Part shown: positions 48,093 to 50,265 of the stretch, piece after piece
Layout of the letters: each line of letters begins with the position of its first letter
How positions within the stretch are numbered: position 1 is the first letter of the stretch
DNA from: Actinomycetota bacterium
Lineage (GTDB): Bacteria > Actinomycetota > Acidimicrobiia > IMCC26256 > VFJJ01
Assembly (NCBI GenBank): GCA_009886115.1
Contig: VFJJ01000015.1
Location: 1 to 50,265 of the forward strand
Length of the DNA stretch: 50,265 bases
Direction of reading: 5' to 3'
The notes under the pieces: model-generated
Told to the model about the DNA's origin: nothing
The model's database searches: none
What the model saw: only the letters and a program-made list of their open reading frames with translations
Made by a program: the position numbers and the translations under genes

Positions 48093-48320
48093 TCAGACCG
48101 CCATCGGATCGATCTCGGCCCCGTCATCGCCGACGAGCACGATGGCCTGCCCGGGACAGTTCCGGGCGATCTTCTTCAGGCGCTCATCGCTCAACTCCGC
48201 TGCACCGGGGAGGACCTCGGCGAGTTGCTCGTCGTCGAAGTGAAACGCCTGGGGTGCATCGGCCACGCACTTGCCGCCGCTGATGCAGGCATCGCGATCG
48301 ATCCTGACCGTGAGTGACAT
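48093..48320 (-). CDS. Ferredoxin, single-cluster [3Fe-4S] type
   Basis: CISGGKC...CPGQAI; 75 aa; directly upstream of a P450. Confidence 0.9.
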   Translation of the reverse strand: MSLTVRIDRDACISGGKCVADAPQAFHFDDEQLAEVLPGAAELSDERLKKIARNCPGQAIVLVGDDGAEIDPMAV

Positions 48321-48382
48321 CGTTCGCTCCTCGCTTCTTGCCGAGCTTCGCAACGACGATTGCGGACGCGAGTTATCGGTAG

Positions 48383-49732
48383 TCAAGAGTTGACGAGCTC
48401 CCAGGTGAGAACCTGGCTGCCGTAGGTACCGACCTTCTCGCCGGGCAGGGTGTCGCGCTGCGGCCACGGCCTCGCCAGATCGACGGGTCGACCGTCCTTC
48501 ACGACGGCCCGCAGGCGAGAGCGGTCGCACAGGACGCCGAGGTCGGCCATCGGATCGCCGTCGACCACGAGGAGATCACCCACCCATCCGGGCGCCAGGG
48601 TGCCGATCTGCATCCCCGGGCGGCCGCGGGCGATGGCCCGACCGCCGTTGCGGGTGCCGCACGTGACGGCCTCGAGCGGTGTGAGACCGAGGTACCGCAC
48701 GAACAGGTCGAGCTCCCGAGCGTGCCAATGGCCATAGGGCGTGAGGGAGAACCCGGCCTCGGAGCCGCACATCAGCGTCGTACCGGCATCGTGGGCCTTG
48801 CGGATCATGGGCGCAGAGGCCTCGATCTCGTTGCGGAACAGGCCGATGACAGCGGGGGTCGCTCCCACCTTGGCGCCGAACTCGACGAGGTTGGCGAGGA
48901 ACGTGAACGTCGGGGCGACGGCCGCACCGCTCTCGACCACGGCCTCCACGGCTTCGTCGTCCATGAACGAGGCGTGCAGGATGAGGTCGACGCCGGCTCG
49001 GGCGGCATCCCGGGTCGACGAGGCGCTGCGGCAGTGGGCCGTGACAGGGACGCCGAGGTCGTGCGCCGTGTCACAGACCGTTCGCATCTCGTCGAGCGTC
49101 CAGACCTGCAGCTCGCCCTGACGGCCGGGCACCAGCCCGGTGGCGTGGATCTTCACCCAGTCGGCCCCGTGCTTGATCTGGCGACGGGTCTCCTGCACCA
49201 TCTCGTCGCGGGTGGCGACCACCATGGCGTAGCCGAGCATGCCGCGGTCGGGGATCAGCCGGCCGGCGGTGCCCCCGACCGCGGTGAGGAGCGCGAACAT
49301 CCCCGACGCGATGCGGGGCCCTTCCACGATGCCGGCGTCGATGCAGTCACGCAGCGCGGGCCCGATCTCGAACAGTCCGTCGGCGTCGAGACAGCTCGTG
49401 ACGCCCGCCCTGAGCACCTTCTGCACGTTGAACGCGGCAACCATCGCCGCATGCGCCGGGGTGCGGTGGAAGAACAGCTCGTCGTTGCTGTTGGGCTCGC
49501 CCAGGGTCAGGTGCGTGTGGACGTCGACCAGGCCGGGCATCACCGTGGCGCCCGTCGCGTCGATCCGACGGGTGTCGACCCCCGCGGCCTCGGCCGCCTG
49601 TGCCCGACGATCGGCCTCGTCGCCGATGGCCACGACCGTCGTGCCGTCGATGAGGACCGAGGTGGAGGGCTGCGCGGCGGCGCCGGTGCCGTCGATCAGG
49701 GTTCCGTTGCTGACGAGCAGCTGGGTGGCCAC
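48383..49732 (-). CDS. Metal-dependent amidohydrolase (Xaa-Pro dipeptidase-like)
   Basis: PGLVDVHTH, DWVKIH, TAHC, ILHAS, GDLLVVDGDP. Confidence 0.88.
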   Translation of the reverse strand: MATQLLVSNGTLIDGTGAAAQPSTSVLIDGTTVVAIGDEADRRAQAAEAAGVDTRRIDATGATVMPGLVDVHTHLTLGEPNSNDELFFHRTPAHAAMVAAFNVQKVLRAGVTSCLDADGLFEIGPALRDCIDAGIVEGPRIASGMFALLTAVGGTAGRLIPDRGMLGYAMVVATRDEMVQETRRQIKHGADWVKIHATGLVPGRQGELQVWTLDEMRTVCDTAHDLGVPVTAHCRSASSTRDAARAGVDLILHASFMDDEAVEAVVESGAAVAPTFTFLANLVEFGAKVGATPAVIGLFRNEIEASAPMIRKAHDAGTTLMCGSEAGFSLTPYGHWHARELDLFVRYLGLTPLEAVTCGTRNGGRAIARGRPGMQIGTLAPGWVGDLLVVDGDPMADLGVLCDRSRLRAVVKDGRPVDLARPWPQRDTLPGEKVGTYGSQVLTWELVNS

Positions 49733-49739
49733 GGGCCGA

Positions 49740-49761
49740 TCCTACCGACCGTTCGGTTGAT
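49740..49761 (-). promoter_or_regulatory. Candidate operator, motif A, overlapping a probable leaderless promoter
   Basis: ACCGACCGTTCGGT (49744-49757, ACCGA-N4-TCGGT); minus-strand TAGGAT lies 6 nt before the GTG start. Confidence 0.6.
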
Positions 49762-49839
49762 GCGAGAGGCTCGGGGCGCCCGACCCGGCGCTCCGCCGAG
49801 CGTCAAGCTCGAGGCGAGCGGCCCGGCGCCGGTCCCGGC

Positions 49840-50208
49840 TCAGAAGTCGGCCGTCTTCAGTGCCACGACCTGGTGGACGATCAGCCCGTGCTCGACCCGG
49901 TAGGTGTCGACACCACTCGTGCCGTCGCCGGGACCGCCGCTCAGGTGCCAGCTGACGGTCACGGCCCGTCTGTCGTCGTGGGCCACGTGGTCGACCGACA
50001 CGATGCCGCCCGCCAGCCGATCGGGGACCGTCGAGAAGTAGGCGGCGATCGCCTCCTGCCCCCGGTACGACGCGTCGGGTCGCTCGAGCACGGCATCGTG
50101 GTGGTAGTGCAGCGCCATCGCTGCGGGATCGCCGGAGCGCACCGCCTGAAGGTGGGCGCCGACCACGTCGACGGGTGTGGTCACCGGCTCGGGCTCGGGG
50201 TGGTTCAC
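49840..50208 (-). CDS. SnoaL/NTF2-like protein
   Basis: GDPAAMALHYHHDAVL..GQEAIAAYF..GVDTYRVEHGLI. Confidence 0.75.
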   Translation of the reverse strand: MNHPEPEPVTTPVDVVGAHLQAVRSGDPAAMALHYHHDAVLERPDASYRGQEAIAAYFSTVPDRLAGGIVSVDHVAHDDRRAVTVSWHLSGGPGDGTSGVDTYRVEHGLIVHQVVALKTADF

Positions 50209-50222
50209 AGCGAGAGTCTGCC

Positions 50223-50265
50223 TCGGCGGTTCGGCGGTTCGGCGGTTCGGCGGTTCGGCGGTTCG
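50223..50265. repeat. (TCGGCGGT)x5+ running off the window end
   Basis: Read directly; may mark a contig break. Confidence 0.9.

Noticed and set aside
50223..50265. CRISPR array or telomere-like repeat
   Set aside because: A spacerless 8-bp microsatellite; no cas genes
1..50265. Mobile element or secondary-metabolite (PKS/NRPS/RiPP) cluster
   Set aside because: No integrase, transposase, tRNA, carrier protein, synthase or precursor peptide recognised; gene content looks catabolic

Overview
High-GC, actinobacterial-type DNA; the lipoprotein style suggests Acidimicrobiia, but that is inference only. The window is almost entirely a dense catabolic/redox region of about 49 genes: an Rbs-type ABC importer, a form-II Cox/xanthine-dehydrogenase-type molybdoenzyme (gene order L-S-M), 3 acyl-CoA ligases, beta-oxidation-like enzymes with a BadI/Oah-like ring-cleaving hydrolase but no thiolase, 8 SDRs (2 of mycofactocin type), 4 luciferase-like oxidoreductases, 4 amidohydrolase-fold proteins, 3 paralogous unusual cytochrome P450s (one frameshifted and cut by the window edge) with a ferredoxin, a limonene-epoxide-hydrolase-family protein, an isobutyryl-CoA-type B12 mutase with MeaB, and a heme-oxygenase-like diiron oxidase/cupin/amidohydrolase/class II aldolase operon. 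Regulators are FadR/GntR, MarR and a YafY-like protein lacking its WYL domain. The most notable unexplained elements are two paralogous internally duplicated proteins, each abutting an acyl-CoA ligase, a P450 clade without the acid-alcohol pair, and two recurring intergenic operator-like motifs. I saw no rRNA, tRNA, CRISPR array or mobile-element genes. All calls come from reading motifs by eye; no database searches were run.
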